Origin: Oikopleura dioica
Taxonomy: Eukaryota; Animalia; Chordata
Assembly (NCBI GenBank): GCA_907165135.1
Contig: OU015566.1
Span: 7,254,001 to 7,318,000, forward strand
Length of the DNA stretch: 64,000 nucleotides
Direction of reading: 5' to 3'
Below are positions 24,122-36,931 of this stretch, piece after piece. Within the stretch, counting starts at the first letter, position 1; the number at the start of each line of letters is the position of its first letter. The position numbers were made by a program, and so were the translations under genes. A model generated the notes under the pieces. It ran no database searches and had not been told where the DNA came from. It saw nothing but the letters and a program-made list of their open reading frames with translations.

Positions 24122-25505
24122 ATGGAAATTTCTCTACGCAGCGAAAAGAATCTGCTGCCCATTTTTATTCCGGTTGTATTTCTTGGAGGAAGCATGATTG
24201 TGTTTCTCCTAATTGCTCGATTCTGTGGCTGCTGGTCCAAAGTGATGACTTCTTTTGCGTATGCAAAGGTTGTTTTTGCCATGTTTCTTTATATTTTTGA
24301 CGTTGGGTAAGGCAAATTTAAATTCTACGAGTGAAAATTTTATCATGATCTTTTAGCTCGGACATTTCCCTTGGAATAACGTACTTGACAACCGAAAATT
24401 ACGTCTGGGGCGTTATAACACTCCTAATCGTGCTCTTTGCCGGTTCAATTATTGCTTGGACGTCTTACAACTCTCAAGACATTTCTGAAAACGAAAGAAA
24501 ATCGATCTCCGTGAAAATTATTCACGCCTTCCTGCTTGGTCCCCTTTACCACATGTTCAAAGAAATGGGCTCGACCGCGGAGCTAGGATCTGATCTTTTG
24601 AAAATAAGATTTATTGAAGCTACGACAGAGGCAGCCCCACAGGTAATTTCAAAAATAAAACGGCGGTGAAAAAATGATTTGTTTTACACAAAGAAATTTT
24701 TCCCATTTTCGTTAAAAAGAACTAAAAGGCTTCGTTTGTTTAACTCCTTTTAGCTTTTTCTTCAATTTCACGTGATTTACACTTGTCGTCAAACAGAGAA
24801 CATCACCAACATCACCGGTTCTTTTTGCCACACAATACGAGATCGAGAAGAGATAAACGAGATGATTCTTCCGATTCTAGCGCTTGTGACTTCTCTTCTT
24901 TCATTCACCTGGACAATAACATCGCAGAAGAGGGTCGTTCAATTTTCAAACAAGCTCAATGGATTTTATGTTTTCTACATTTTTATAATGGTTATTTTCT
25001 TAAAAGGGGGCTTGATCATTTAACTTTTTTAGTTTTTGCTTCAAATCTTCACAAGAATTTATCTTCTCTTATTTATCCTCCACGAATTGGATGAAACTTG
25101 GGGAACGATGGGCGTCATTTTTGGCTTTGTGATTCCCTTGATTCTGCATTATCTAATCCTTTTTTCCATTGGAAGAAAAAACTCACAGAACGAATGGCTG
25201 CAGTCCTTTTCAAAATTATTCTTTTTCGATTTAGACGACAAAAATCGCCTTCTCGTAAGCCCTTTCCTTTTGAATCAAAATTCATTTGACAATTTTAGGG
25301 ACTGGTTAACACCGTCATCATTAATTTGGAACACATTTCCTTCCTCATAGCTAGCTTTCTGATTTACAAATATCTTTACGATGTGAATCCTCGTTTTGAC
25401 CCCCTTTCCCCAATTCTGATTTCAACGAGTTTGCTCTTGAATCTGCTTTGGTACTTTGTTCTTTCGCGCAAGTTTCGAACTGTTTCTCAAAACCCGTCCA
25501 AATGA
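24122..25505 (+). CDS. XK-related (XKR) multi-pass membrane protein; start codon uncertain
   Basis: Several hydrophobic helices; LYIFDVG-(SD) junction and RFIEATTEAAPQ/LFLQFHVIY, the XK-family E-x-x-P-Q-L-x-L-Q motif; stop at 25503-25505. Confidence 0.7.
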
Positions 25506-25603
25506 AAAATATTGTCAATAAAATCAGAAATAATGTAACAACTAGACTTTATTTGTCAAGAACAGATTGAGACTGTAATCAGTATGGAAGCAGAAAGAAA
25601 TGA

Positions 25604-26610
25604 TTAGTTGAAGAATTCGTCCATTGCTTCTTGCTCACAGGACTTGATGAAAGTCATCAAATCGTCAAGGCCTTTCAATTGGTTCTTCTTGATTTTAAGT
25701 ATTACTTAATATAAGTATTAAATGAAGTCGGTAGCGAAAACTATTAGAAACAAATGTAGGAATTCACTGGCTTTTTGCTTGTCATTTTGAAAAAAATAAA
25801 CTCGAATGGATAATTGCCTGAGAGTCTTCGCCTTTTATTGCAACTGAGATGCTCCACTTCGACCTAGTAGTAAATCAAAATGCAATAAAAATGCTTGATC
25901 GAACCAATTCCTGTTCCGAGACCGCTGAGAGCAAAGGCCTTGTTTACACACTCATCGACGTATGCTGCAAACTTGTTGACAATCGGTCCACTTCGTTTGA
26001 AGGGATGACGCTGAGTAGCTCCCATGTCTCGCAGCGCTTTTCCGAGAGATCTGAAGAGCTCGGCTTGTCCTATAAAAATTGTTATAATGGGTCGAAATGC
26101 CTGGGCAGGCGTTCTTGATTCAATGAGATTCAAATTGAGCCCTAAAGACTTTGGGCTAAAGTTTGGTCAAAAATAAAAGCTGAGATGTATTTCCCGCTCG
26201 CTCAGCTCAGCTCAAGAGAAAAATTTTGAACGCTACCCTGGCCGAAAAATCCAAGATCACCTAAAACACCGGCGAAAAAGAAAAGATGTATGATTCTCAT
26301 TGCTAAATCTCAGAATGCTCTCTTAAGACTTCTGATGCAGATTTTATATGCCGAGTGCTGACTGTAATCCAATAGTTTTTGTACAGGTGAATGCGATTTG
26401 CGATGCAAATTTGTCGATATTAGATGCGAATTCCGGCATTATGCTTTCACTGATTACCGCTAATTCAATAGTTTTTTGGCAGTCAGTACTAATTTAATTA
26501 GTCTACTTTGAATAAGTCGAACTTTGACAATAACAGCATCCGCTCTTGAGTAAGTAAGAAGTTTGCCAATTGCCATTGATTCAAGAGCAAATTCATTTGA
26601 TTCTAGAGTC
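25604..26610 (-). CDS. Uncharacterised, probably helical protein (exon fragments; 5' end unresolved)
   Basis: Protein-like open frames LESNEFALESMAIGKLLTYSRADAVIVKV (~26500-26610), AFRPIITIFIGQAELFRSLGKALRDMG...VDECVNKAFA (25920-26110) and KNQLKGLDDLMTFIKSCEQEAMDEFFN-stop (25604-25690). No family recognised. Confidence 0.4.
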
Positions 26611-26767
26611 TAGAAAATTAAAATAACAAAGATATCGCAAATGCTTGAAAAATTCGGTATGTTAGGCTCTTTTAGATTGAAGGTTCTAAAAGAATCAGAT
26701 CAAACAACAAAATGATAATTTTTTTTTTGATCGCCATCATTTTTGCTCTTTCCAAACTTATTTCATT

Positions 26768-29700
26768 TTATTGAAACACTCTATACTTAGAGAAGTAAAT
26801 TTCATGTGCTTCAGTTAAGAGATATATCTCATCTGGGATCATTGTATTTTCATAATTTTCGTTCGCAAGCCATCTATTCTCTCCGTTCTCTGCATTTTCT
26901 CTATATCCGCCTGTAACTCGTTGGACTTCTCGCATCTTTTCTTTTAAAAAGGTTCTCAATATAAGCTAGCAAGGAATATCTAACGCTTCGATCAAATAAA
27001 ATGAAAATGCAAAGAAAATAAAGACCCCTCAACTTCAGTTACGTAGTAAGGTTTTGATCGAGGAATTCGCAAAACTACATCATCAAAGCTCCAGTCAGTA
27101 TTTTGAAGGACATATTCGTTGGTTTTAGTGTCAATATGGTCAAGTACCATTTGATGAAATCTAACTACCCCATCTTCAAGATACGCACCACAAACAGTCA
27201 ATGGTCGGGCATTGTCGAACTTTTCATGAAGGCTAACTTGTTTGAAATATAAGTTATTTTCATATATTTTACTTTCTATACAGTTTTTTCCTTTTTTGTG
27301 GACATATTCTCTATTTTAAGAGGTTTTTGTTGGACATAAAATTTAAGATAATGTTCCACTTTTATGGACATTTTTTTCCCTGAAGAGGCAAAAATAGTAT
27401 TTTTTTTACAAAATCAAGGCTTTTAAAAGAAATCAACAGCTCGTGTTATTAACTTCACTGAATAAAAAATACATAGAAGCAAGAGAAAGGCATCTTGAGG
27501 ATAAAATTTGCTATCTTTCCGTTTAAATTTTTGTAAAAAAAAATTTAACGTCTCGGTAAGAAATTTTTTCGGGGACTCTCGCCCACTTTTGTGGACATTT
27601 TTACAGAAAATTAGGACAATGAATACCAAAAAAAGAAAAAAAAACTGTTGTACCTGTGTAGGCCCTAAGGTGAAAATCTGTCATGTATTTATTCATGTAT
27701 CTTTTGATAATGTCCGATCCACTTTCGTTGAAATATGTTGGATAAACTAGCCGGGAAAGGATAACACCAATTTTTATTTCTTGATCATCTCGGTTCTTCT
27801 CGGGATCCTTCCTCGATGGATTCAAATTTAAACCGGCCAAACTTCTTGGATAGATGATCATAGTGAGGAGGTGAAATATTTCTTCAAAAGTTATGTCCCG
27901 GTTGTCGATTTCTTCGAGTGCTTTTTTTATCAGAGTCATTAGAAGAGGTTGCAATGAAATCATTTTTATTTAAAGTCTCTTCCAGTATAAGCTCAAATCA
28001 CTTTTTATAAAAATCTTATTATGTAATATAATTTATATCTTAAATTGCAATCTTTTCCGAAACAGCAATTGGAACGCAAAGATTTGTATCTTTTTGGTCG
28101 AGGACGCTGCAAGAAACATTGAAAAATGCTGTTCTTACAGTTTTTGTCAACCGTTCTTTTAGATTCGAATTGTCGATTGCTTTTGACATTTGAAAACTAT
28201 CGAGAGAATGCTTTGGAATCAACGAATCATCCCATCCAATAACTTGAGAGAATGCCTCGTTTTGTATGTTATCGATTGATGGAATTTCATCAGATCGCAA
28301 CCATTCTGCATTCGATTGCTTAAAATATAGGCAAGTCAACCCCGATACGTCTGTATAATACAGACCTTTAAAAATTTCGATACTTGTTCTCTATGCTCAT
28401 CAGAACCCAATGGATTGTAAAGCAGATACCAAGCAGTTTGCCAGTCGCAGAAGATAAAAACAAAAATGCTTCTATTAAAAAACCCATTTTTTGAAGAAAT
28501 TTGATCCATCTCGCAAAAGCCTGCAGAGCCAGCTCCTGAATTTTCTTTATAATAAACAAATCAAATGAAACTTACGGAGATTGTTAACGTCCTTGTATCT
28601 TGATCCATGCCGTGTGTATCCCATTTTACGATAACCAACTCTCCCTGTTTGTTCACAAAGAATACCAAAATCAATAATACGCGACTCATCACTTGAAAGC
28701 AGCACGTTTTCCGGCTATCAAATGATCATGCAAAAATAAACTATTAAACCATTTAAAGTTTTATTCGACAAGACCTTCCTTAACATCGCAGTGCCATATT
28801 CCTATTGAGGAAAGATACTCAAAACCTTTTTTTACACCAATCGCAATTCGTTTTCTCTTTGACATACCAAGATATTCTGGCTCATTTTTCGGGATCTTTA
28901 TTTTTTCTCGTAAATTTGAATTGCACAACTCCATTACTGTTATCCAACCAAGACAGTCGGACTCAAAATCGCAAGAATCAAATATTTCAAAATTCACAAA
29001 GTGTCTGATTATATTTGGATGATATGGAACCACTTCTCTTTGGAGCGCATTTTTCTCCGAAGAATATTGTGTGAATATTTGATAACCCGTTGGTCCTCCT
29101 TGCGTCAAAGTTCCACTTTTCGTTTTCGATATTTTATCAACTGCTTGATCGAAATCTAGATAAATTTTTATTTATCTTTAACTTCTCAATAAACGGGAAA
29201 GAAAGTCAATACTCAAAGCATTTTGTCCAAAAACCGACCACCAATCATTTTTAACGAAAACTTAGGCCAAACAAATAAATCTTTTCGCAGAAATTGAGGG
29301 CCAAAATCGCCATAATCGGTTTGACCGACCTTGTGTATTGAGAAGTTCATATCATTTTGTTACTTACTTTTGAGATAATGAGGTTCAAAATGCAAGTTTC
29401 GCTCAGTATTTTTAAATCGAAAGACATTTGGATCAAATGGATGGAATCTTATTGCTACTTCAAGATCCATAATTTTGTCTTTGACAATTACTCCTTCGCC
29501 TCCACTTGAAATAATTTGCTTCGCATAAGAGCTTTCTATAAAGAACTGCCCTCTCTCCGGTTTCAGCTCCGAACGATCAATTTCTCGCAGGTTATCAGAG
29601 TTTTGCAGAAGAAGTTTTTTCTGTAGTGGTGTTTGCTCGAATTTCCATTTAAAACCAGGCCCAAATAAAAAACCTTTATCATCTTTGAACAAGACACTTT

Positions 29701-29878
29701 TCCACCTTCCAAAGCTGTCTTTTGGAAAGTACATTCTTTCAACAGACAAGATAAGCCGGTCTGTGTCATTTCGACTTGTCTCTTTTTTTAATTTGCCAAT
29801 AAATCTCTTCAGCCATGAATTAACGTTGTCTTCACTCAGCTGAGGAGGATAATCTTGTGTAGGAGTGGCAAAAATCAT
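26768..29878 (-). CDS. Divergent protein kinase fused to a C-terminal papain-like (clan CA) cysteine-peptidase domain; possible +1 frameshift at 27922-27928
   Basis: Kinase: ISSGGEGVIV, VAIR, ITVMELC, HCDVK/PENVLL, IIDFG. Peptidase: VLDQKDTNLCVPIAV (Cys codon 28076-28078), FHQMVL (His 27154-27156), YVLQNT (Asn 27100-27102). ATG 29878 directly after an AG. Confidence 0.75.
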
Positions 29879-30038
29879 CTCACAAATATGCCAAATTAAT
29901 GAAAAAATTGGCTGTCTTTTGGAATTAAACTAAGACAATGCAAATATTTGCGACTCAGAATAAAGTCAAATAAATGTCAATGAACAAAGAGACAAAATTG
30001 AGCTTTATTGAAATCATAAAATTTATTAATCAATAAAT

Positions 30039-30810
30039 TCAAAATTTTGAAAATCCAATCATCGCCAAAACAAGAGTTGCTGAAACTTTGGTGACGAAAA
30101 ATCCACCTGGCAGGAAATCTTCGTTGCACAAGTCGTACTGGCACATGATGCTCGCGTCTGCCTTCTGATGGTGGAACTCGTTCAATTGAGTGTCTAAAAA
30201 TGATTAGAAAAAACAAGGATTCGATTACTTTTCTGCGTGTTGCTTCCTTCAGTTCCATTGCTGCAGAATCGATTAACTTCTCGGCTCATTTCTTGGCCTT
30301 TGTACTTAATTTTAATGAAAAATAAATAGCAAGTAGAGATGAATTTACGGCAAAAGATTGTCGAGAAACTTCGCATGTTCCCCAGCAATCCGTGATATTG
30401 TTCTGCATATCTTCAGCCGAATAGAGAATTAGAAAATCTAAGCTCTCCTGGCTTTGAGCGCCGGTCTAGAATCGGCTTTTTTTCTGAAAACCTAGTTCTA
30501 CCCCCTTAACTTTGATGACAAGAAAATTTTCTTTACCTTCGCTTGTTGAGAATCATCTTCGTAGTGAGACCATCCTTCGCACTAAAGGGTGCGTATAATG
30601 ACCGAGCGAAAAAAGGCTGAACTCACATTGTAACAAGGCTGACTATGAGGAGCAGAAGGGGTTGGTGGCGCAGCAAGATCAGGTCCATCTGGCTCTTGGA
30701 TTGGAAAAGTCACCATTTTGGAGCATTCATCAACGTCAGAACCGCAAGAATGAAGCTCAAGAGTGTGCAGAGCCCCATCAAATTTTCCCTCGTAGTCGTA
30801 TCCTGAAAAT
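30039..30810 (-). CDS. Ly6/uPAR (three-finger)-like GPI-anchored protein; 5' end uncertain
   Basis: Exons give PCYN/CEGW..., ...MCQYDLCNEDFLPGGFFVTKVSATLVLAMIGFSKF-stop: a C-x-x-D-L-C-N terminal motif followed by a hydrophobic GPI-signal-like tail. Confidence 0.55.
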
Positions 30811-30960
30811 TGAAAGTGAAGAAATCAAGGAAGAGAAAAATGCCAAACCTGGCGCGCCCTGAAGATACTCAAAATGCCCTCGCTCGACGAATGTAAACTT
30901 TACAAGAAGCTTGAATAAATAGCAAATTTCTGTAACTACAGATCATTCTGAAAAAATCAA

Positions 30961-32385
30961 ATGAAGCTTTTATCTGTTATTTTTCCATTACTAGCTGCCC
31001 AAATCAACGAGAACTGTCCGTAAGAAATTTCACCAAAAAACTTTTTTTCGAAAAATTATTCTTTAGCGAAAATGATAAAGAGCTAGCGAAGATCTGCGAA
31101 GGCAGATGCTTTGACGATCTTGAGCTTTGTTATGAAAAATGTGACTCGGACCAGCTTTGTGAAAGAGAATGTCTACTACGACTTGAAGAGTGCCAGGATT
31201 CTTGTCCGTAATTGTCTCGCTGGATTTGAGGACTGGGCGAATCCAATTTGTCTTTCCTGTCTTGATTCCGAAAATAATCATCTCTATAAAGAACAATGCA
31301 TGGAAGAAGCAAAAACGACTCATTATTCCTGCCTAGAAATTTGCGGCGACGACAGAAACTGTTTTGAAGAATGCTTCGATCAGTTTCTACGCGAAACTGA
31401 CGATTGTCCTTGCAACAAAAATTGTCCTGATGGATGTCATTGTCCTGGCTTCAAATGTCAGCCTTATATCACCGTTCTTTGTCAAGATAAAAAGGAGTTT
31501 GCCGGCTACTCTGCTTTCAGCTATGCTATTTCTTCTGATGGCCATTTCAAAGAAAATCGTCATTATAATTCTCCAATTTCCAGCACATATCCTTACTTGT
31601 TCAGGTCAGGATCTGCTTTGCTAAAAGGAGAGGTTTATATTTTCGGCGGAATGCAAAATGCAACCAAAGTCGCGAAAATATCTGACTGTGGCTTTGAAGA
31701 AATCGGACAGCTCTTGAATGGATTCGATGTTTATTGGGGCTCACTAGCTGCTCTCCCAGAAAAAGAGAAAATCATTCTATGCGAAGGGTACTCTTCTTCA
31801 AAATGCGAAAGCTTTGATGGTCTTATTTCAACTCAAACATATGAAACCAGCTATCAGCATAAATACGGCTCGATGGCAGTATACGAGAACTCAGCGATAA
31901 TTGTTGGCGGACAAAGTGATAAGGTCGAAATCATGGAAGAAAATGGATGGTCAGAAGCAAGGGCTTTTCCTTTTCTTGTCTCAGATGTTAGTTGTGTTTC
32001 TGTTGATGACGGGGTAATTGCAATAGGAGGATATGCTCTCGATCTTCCTGGAAATATCAAAGATGTTTTTCTCTACAGAGCCGGAGAGTGGTCGACAGTT
32101 GGGAAACTTCTGTCGGTAAAATTTAAATTGGTTTTATAGTGCTTTCTTGATCAAATTTAGTTCTTTCGCTATGCGACTGCGATATTTTTCGGCGATCCTT
32201 TCATCGTCTTTGATGGCAATTTCGACAAGAAAGTTGAACGAGTAGAATGGGATGGAAGTTCAGTCACATCTTCAGAAATTATTAACGAACACGAAACAAC
32301 TTGCTACAGGCCTATCGTTTTTCAACCGAACCCGATTTCTTCCTGCGATGAAGCCTGCGATGATTTCTGTTACTCGTACTCATAA
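30961..32385 (+). CDS. Secreted Cys-rich repeat protein with a kelch-like beta-propeller; apparent in-frame stop/frameshift at 31209-31211
   Basis: Signal MKLLSVIFPLLAA; repeats such as CPCNKNCPDGCHCPGFKC; GG-type kelch motifs (VYIFGG, AIIVGG, VIAIGG); last exon 32161-32385. The exon-2 frame ends TGT CCG TAA while the Cys pattern resumes in another frame. Confidence 0.7.
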
Positions 32386-32428
32386 TGTTTTTCTGAAATA
32401 AATTGAAAGCGCTCATTTTATTTCAGTG

Positions 32429-34098
32429 TCAATTCACATTTAAGATTTTGGATAAATTATAAAATTTTTGATCCCTTCTTTCCACGCATCTCTGTACAAT
32501 CCTCCAAAACTACGAAAAATTTAAATGCACTCCTCTTTATCAAATTTAGCTTTACCTGACGCCATCTCCTTCTATGTCACATTCGAAATTTCCAGAAACA
32601 AGATCGTGGTATGCCCACTCAAGATGTTGGTAGTCCTTGAATTTATGAGCAACTGTTAGCCCTCGTAAGCTGCAAAGATGATTTTTCGCGATTGCCTCTT
32701 CTGCCCAGATTAATCCGCAGCAAATGCTCTCAGACCGAAGCAGTGTATCTCTGAAGGATTTAATTTCCCCGTAAAAAAACTCGGACTACCTTTTTCCTGC
32801 TGCTTCAATTAGTGATCCAATGTAAACATCATCCAACGGCAAAACAGGAGCATTCGAAATTTCTTTTGCTAGACTCAATGCGAAATCACCAGTTGTTAGA
32901 TATCCAGCTCCAGAAAAATATTGAGGATAAACATCTTTTTCCCACAGCTGCTTTGGCATAAAATATTTGCTAAATTCTCGAATAGGCGTCGGTCGCTCTT
33001 TTAGGCAGCCTATAGCTTCGTAGAAAATGCCGTTTTCTCTCTTGAGTTTGTTCATTTCCATCTTAAGATTTTGTGGAAGAAGGAGTATGTCATCATCGCC
33101 CTTGAAAACGAAATCCGCTTTTTGACACGATTTCTCGATGAATTGAAGGAAGCCGATATCTTTGTACGGGAGGCCGTAATGATTTTCTTCAAAGTCAAGC
33201 ACAAGCAAATCATTGTATGTTTTAATCTCGTCTTTAATCACCTCCTCGTCAGGGCGGCCAATTATAAAGACGATCTTTATTTCGATGCCAAGCCAGTTCC
33301 ATATTTCTTCATTCAGCCAAGTTTTTCGAAGAGTTTCTCGTGCAACAACTGCGTCTGGCATCGTTTTTATTCCAAAAAGAAGTGAAGTGAGGTTTGATGA
33401 AGGATCAAATTGGCAGTTTTCTGGATGCGCCAGAAGTTTTGGCTTCAAATTCGGATTGAATCGCATCAGTTTGTTGATGTACGGCAGGCCTAAATAAATT
33501 GTTGGAGAAATTCTTGAACAATAATTAACAAGTTCTGTACCTGGATATACGCATTTTCCATCCAAGCCCCTTCGTTTGATTCCCTTCAACTCTGGGTAAT
33601 TTTGTTCAAGGAGTTCTAAATCAAGAAAGATTTCATCTTCTTCGGGAAAGCATTCTTCTCTCTGAATTAGCCAAGAAGTTTCGTTTTGAGAACTTTTGAT
33701 GATACTAGGACCTCTTCTCAGCTCAAAGTAATCATTAATTCCTACGACCCCCATGCAGTCATCATTTTCCTCGCAAAGTTTCTGTGAGCTCTTCAGTGAG
33801 GAATGCTTCTTGCAATTATCAAAAGCGCAGTTATGAATGAAGTGGTTTTTCAGAAGTTTCCATTTTTCTTTCGGTTTCTCTTGAGGTTCTTTTTTGGGAT
33901 ATATTTTTTGATAACTGATTTTTTCAGCAACAATCGGTTCTTCTCTCGACTTTGTGGACTCGAAAGAATACACAATTATCTAAATTTAACTTTTTTACAA
34001 TAATTTCAAGCTTATCCGAGTAATCTTACGATTAAAACGATCAAGCAGGAGTACTGAAGTTGCCTTTGTCGTCTTCTTTGTCTCTCCTCTTTTCTCAT
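32429..34098 (-). CDS. GT31-family beta-1,3-galactosyl/GlcNAc transferase (type II membrane)
   Basis: MRKEERQRRRQRQLQYSCLIVLI/IIVY signal anchor; RETLRKTW, FVFKGDDDIL, YPQYFSGAGY, LPLDDVYIG motifs. Confidence 0.9.
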
Positions 34099-34384
34099 TT
34101 TCGAAAGAAATTAAACTTTTTTAAATTTGAAGCAGGATGCGTTCAAACATAACCACTTCAGCTCGAAACTTATAGAAGCGACTGCCACTTATGAAAGTAT
34201 TAAGTCTTGTTCCCGCAGACACAGACGTATGTTATCCCAATAAAACTTCATTATTGGGTAAGTAAAGATGGAATTTTAATGAAATAAAGTGTGGGAACGC
34301 CAATCATTCACTGGAAGTCGTTAAAATTAACCTTTTATTGTCTGTTACTCTGTTGGTTATTGTCGCTTCAGAAAGCGGCAAAAA

Positions 34385-35048
34385 ATGAGCAGACAGAGAT
34401 CAAGATCGAAATCTAACTGCGACCTAAGACAATGGTTTGATAAAGTCGACAGGTTTGATGGTTTCCAATTGCGAGAATAGATTTAATGTTTTCTAGGTCA
34501 GAGACAGGGCGATTGAATGCTGTAGAGCTGCAAGAAGCTCTGATGAACAATGATTATACGAAATTTGACATGCATGTTATCATTGCTATGATTGACATGT
34601 TCGATGACGACAAAACTAAGGAAATCAACTTTGAAGAGTTTCAAAAAATCTGGGCTTTTCTTGGGAACTGGAGAGAGGTCTTCAATCAGTTCGATGTTGA
34701 CAACGGAGGCGCCATTGATGCAGAAGAGCTAACTGCAGGTTTGAAATCTACTGTTTTTCAGGAATTAATGATTTTTAGCTATAAGACAGCTTGGATACAA
34801 TTTGTCGAGGCAGTTTATCAATGTTTTGATGCGGAAATTTGACTTTAGTGGCGACGGATTTCTTCAATTCGACGGTTTTGTGATGGTTCTCATAAAAATT
34901 AGGCAACTTACCGCCGCTTTCCAGGTAAAACTTCCCAGTTGAAACTTTTTTTCACGGTGAAAATCTTTAGCCTTTCGACAAGATGCAGAATGGTACTGCG
35001 CACTTTACATACGAAGAATTCCTGACTGTCGTTCTCCAAAACACGTGA
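34385..35048 (+). CDS. Penta-EF-hand protein (PDCD6/ALG-2, peflin or sorcin-like)
   Basis: FDKVD/RSETGRLNAVELQEAL, MFDDDKTKEINFEEF, FDVDNGGAIDAEEL, FDFSGDGFLQFDGFV, FTYEEFL. Confidence 0.85.
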
Positions 35049-36931
35049 TTCTTGCACAATAAATGATCCGTCGAAAAAAGTTCGTTTGTCATGCATTTTT
35101 CATGCTTGGATCAGTCGAGAAGTCTGCGAGACAAGGATAACAACCACCCATGGACTTAGGGTGCACACATACATTTTAGCATATTTGGTAGTTTTGGTGA
35201 TTTTCGTTGATGCTTTTGTTACGTAAGAATTCCATGTCAGTCTCGAACGCGTAGTACTACATTTTCTGTTGAATTGAAAATCACATGATGGTTTTTGCTC
35301 ATCCGCGGGGCATCATGGGATCAAAGAGGCCTCTGGCTACCCTAGCGCACGGGGCGTTCACTCCCTAACCTCCTCTGGTCTGGCCGATCTTTTCGCGTGA
35401 CCATCATAACTACTACATTTCTCCCTCTTTTTCTTTCTTTCCTAGAGCTAGAATACCTAAATAAAACGGCATAAAACATCGATGAGCCTTGCCAGAGCCA
35501 TTCCCTACCACATCAGAGAGCAGCTCAATCAACGATTCGAAGACGTCTTCCGAGACGACTGGTATGTTCAAAAACCACATCGGTCGACAGAATACGCGTT
35601 TTTTTCTTCGACTGAGTCATTGAATGAAAAATCTAACGAAAATAATGCTACGAGACGAGCTCTCTAACAGTCTGCAGCTGGCCGGGTTACTCTAAATTTA
35701 CTCTTGAATGAAAAAATCGTGAAGAAAATAAATGACGATGTTTTTCGAGAAAAATGAATTCAATCCAAATAGAGACCCTTTTGCTGAGAATTTCGAAGAG
35801 GTCTTGGATCAAGTCAAAGGGGATTTTCACTATTCCTTAGCTAAAGAAAGGTGACTTTTATAAATTTATATTGGAAAAAATAGGGCAGCTTTTATTTTTC
35901 AAAGGAAATTGATATACGTCGATAAGAAAAATAGACATTTTCCTTTGATTATCTGAGTATCGTTTCGATAGAACCAGTTGCTAATGCCAAATCATGACTG
36001 TTATTATCCGCAAATTAGAAGTACTGCATCGTAAAAATTCTCTTTTCCGACCGAAAATTCTAGCTCTTCTTCAGGAAGAAAAAATATTTTCGGACCGAGA
36101 AGCACGTTCTGTCCCGTGCTACTTCTGACGTCAGTCTGGGCGTTCGATGACCTAGCCCTAAAGGCGAAAAAACCAAAATCACAAGTTCACTTTTATTGCT
36201 CGGTCAAACAATGGAGAACATATATTTTCTAATATTTTCTCTTACTCTGGTTTTTATATTTCCCATGTTGCTATTTTATGTTGATAAATAAGCGTTGTTG
36301 TCCTATCGATGGTTGTTGGGGGTTGTTTTCAAGCTTGAAAATGACTCCAAAAGAGTTGATTTACCAAACCAATTGTTTTTTCATTATTTATTAAAAATCA
36401 CCGTAATTTGGTCTTTCGGAACTTACGTGTGCTAGAAAAGAGTAAGGTGATGATTTGTTTTGATAGTAAATATAAGTTTTGTATGTTGGATTTGCTGAAA
36501 ACTATAAAAAATCAATAAAAAATTATCTTGTTAAAATCGTCTTCTCAAATAATTCTCTGATCGACTGCATTTGAAAAAGAAGGTCAATAACTTGTTTTTC
36601 TGACCATTTTAAGATGTATTTTGTCGGTTTCAGACAAATCTATTTGTTTTACATTTGTCTTTCCACCTTTGTCGGAAAAGACGGTCGATGCGCCACTCAA
36701 GACGGAATAAAGTCGACTATCATCAGAAAGTCAGAAAAAATCTACAGAAGTCAGAAAAATAGTTTTACACTTTTTCGTTCACCGGTTTGAAAAGAACCTT
36801 GTTTTGAGAAAAACTTAGGTTGCATTAAAATTTTTCTCTTGAATCAGCAAAAGGGAGGAATTGTTTTTCTATTGTCTGGCAGAGAATTTTTAAAGCGAAA
36901 AAAAGGGAGCAAGAAGGAGAAAAGGCTTGTT

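Noticed and set aside
35482-36180. Possible small plus-strand gene starting MSLARAIPYH
   Set aside because: Could not splice into a sustained frame.
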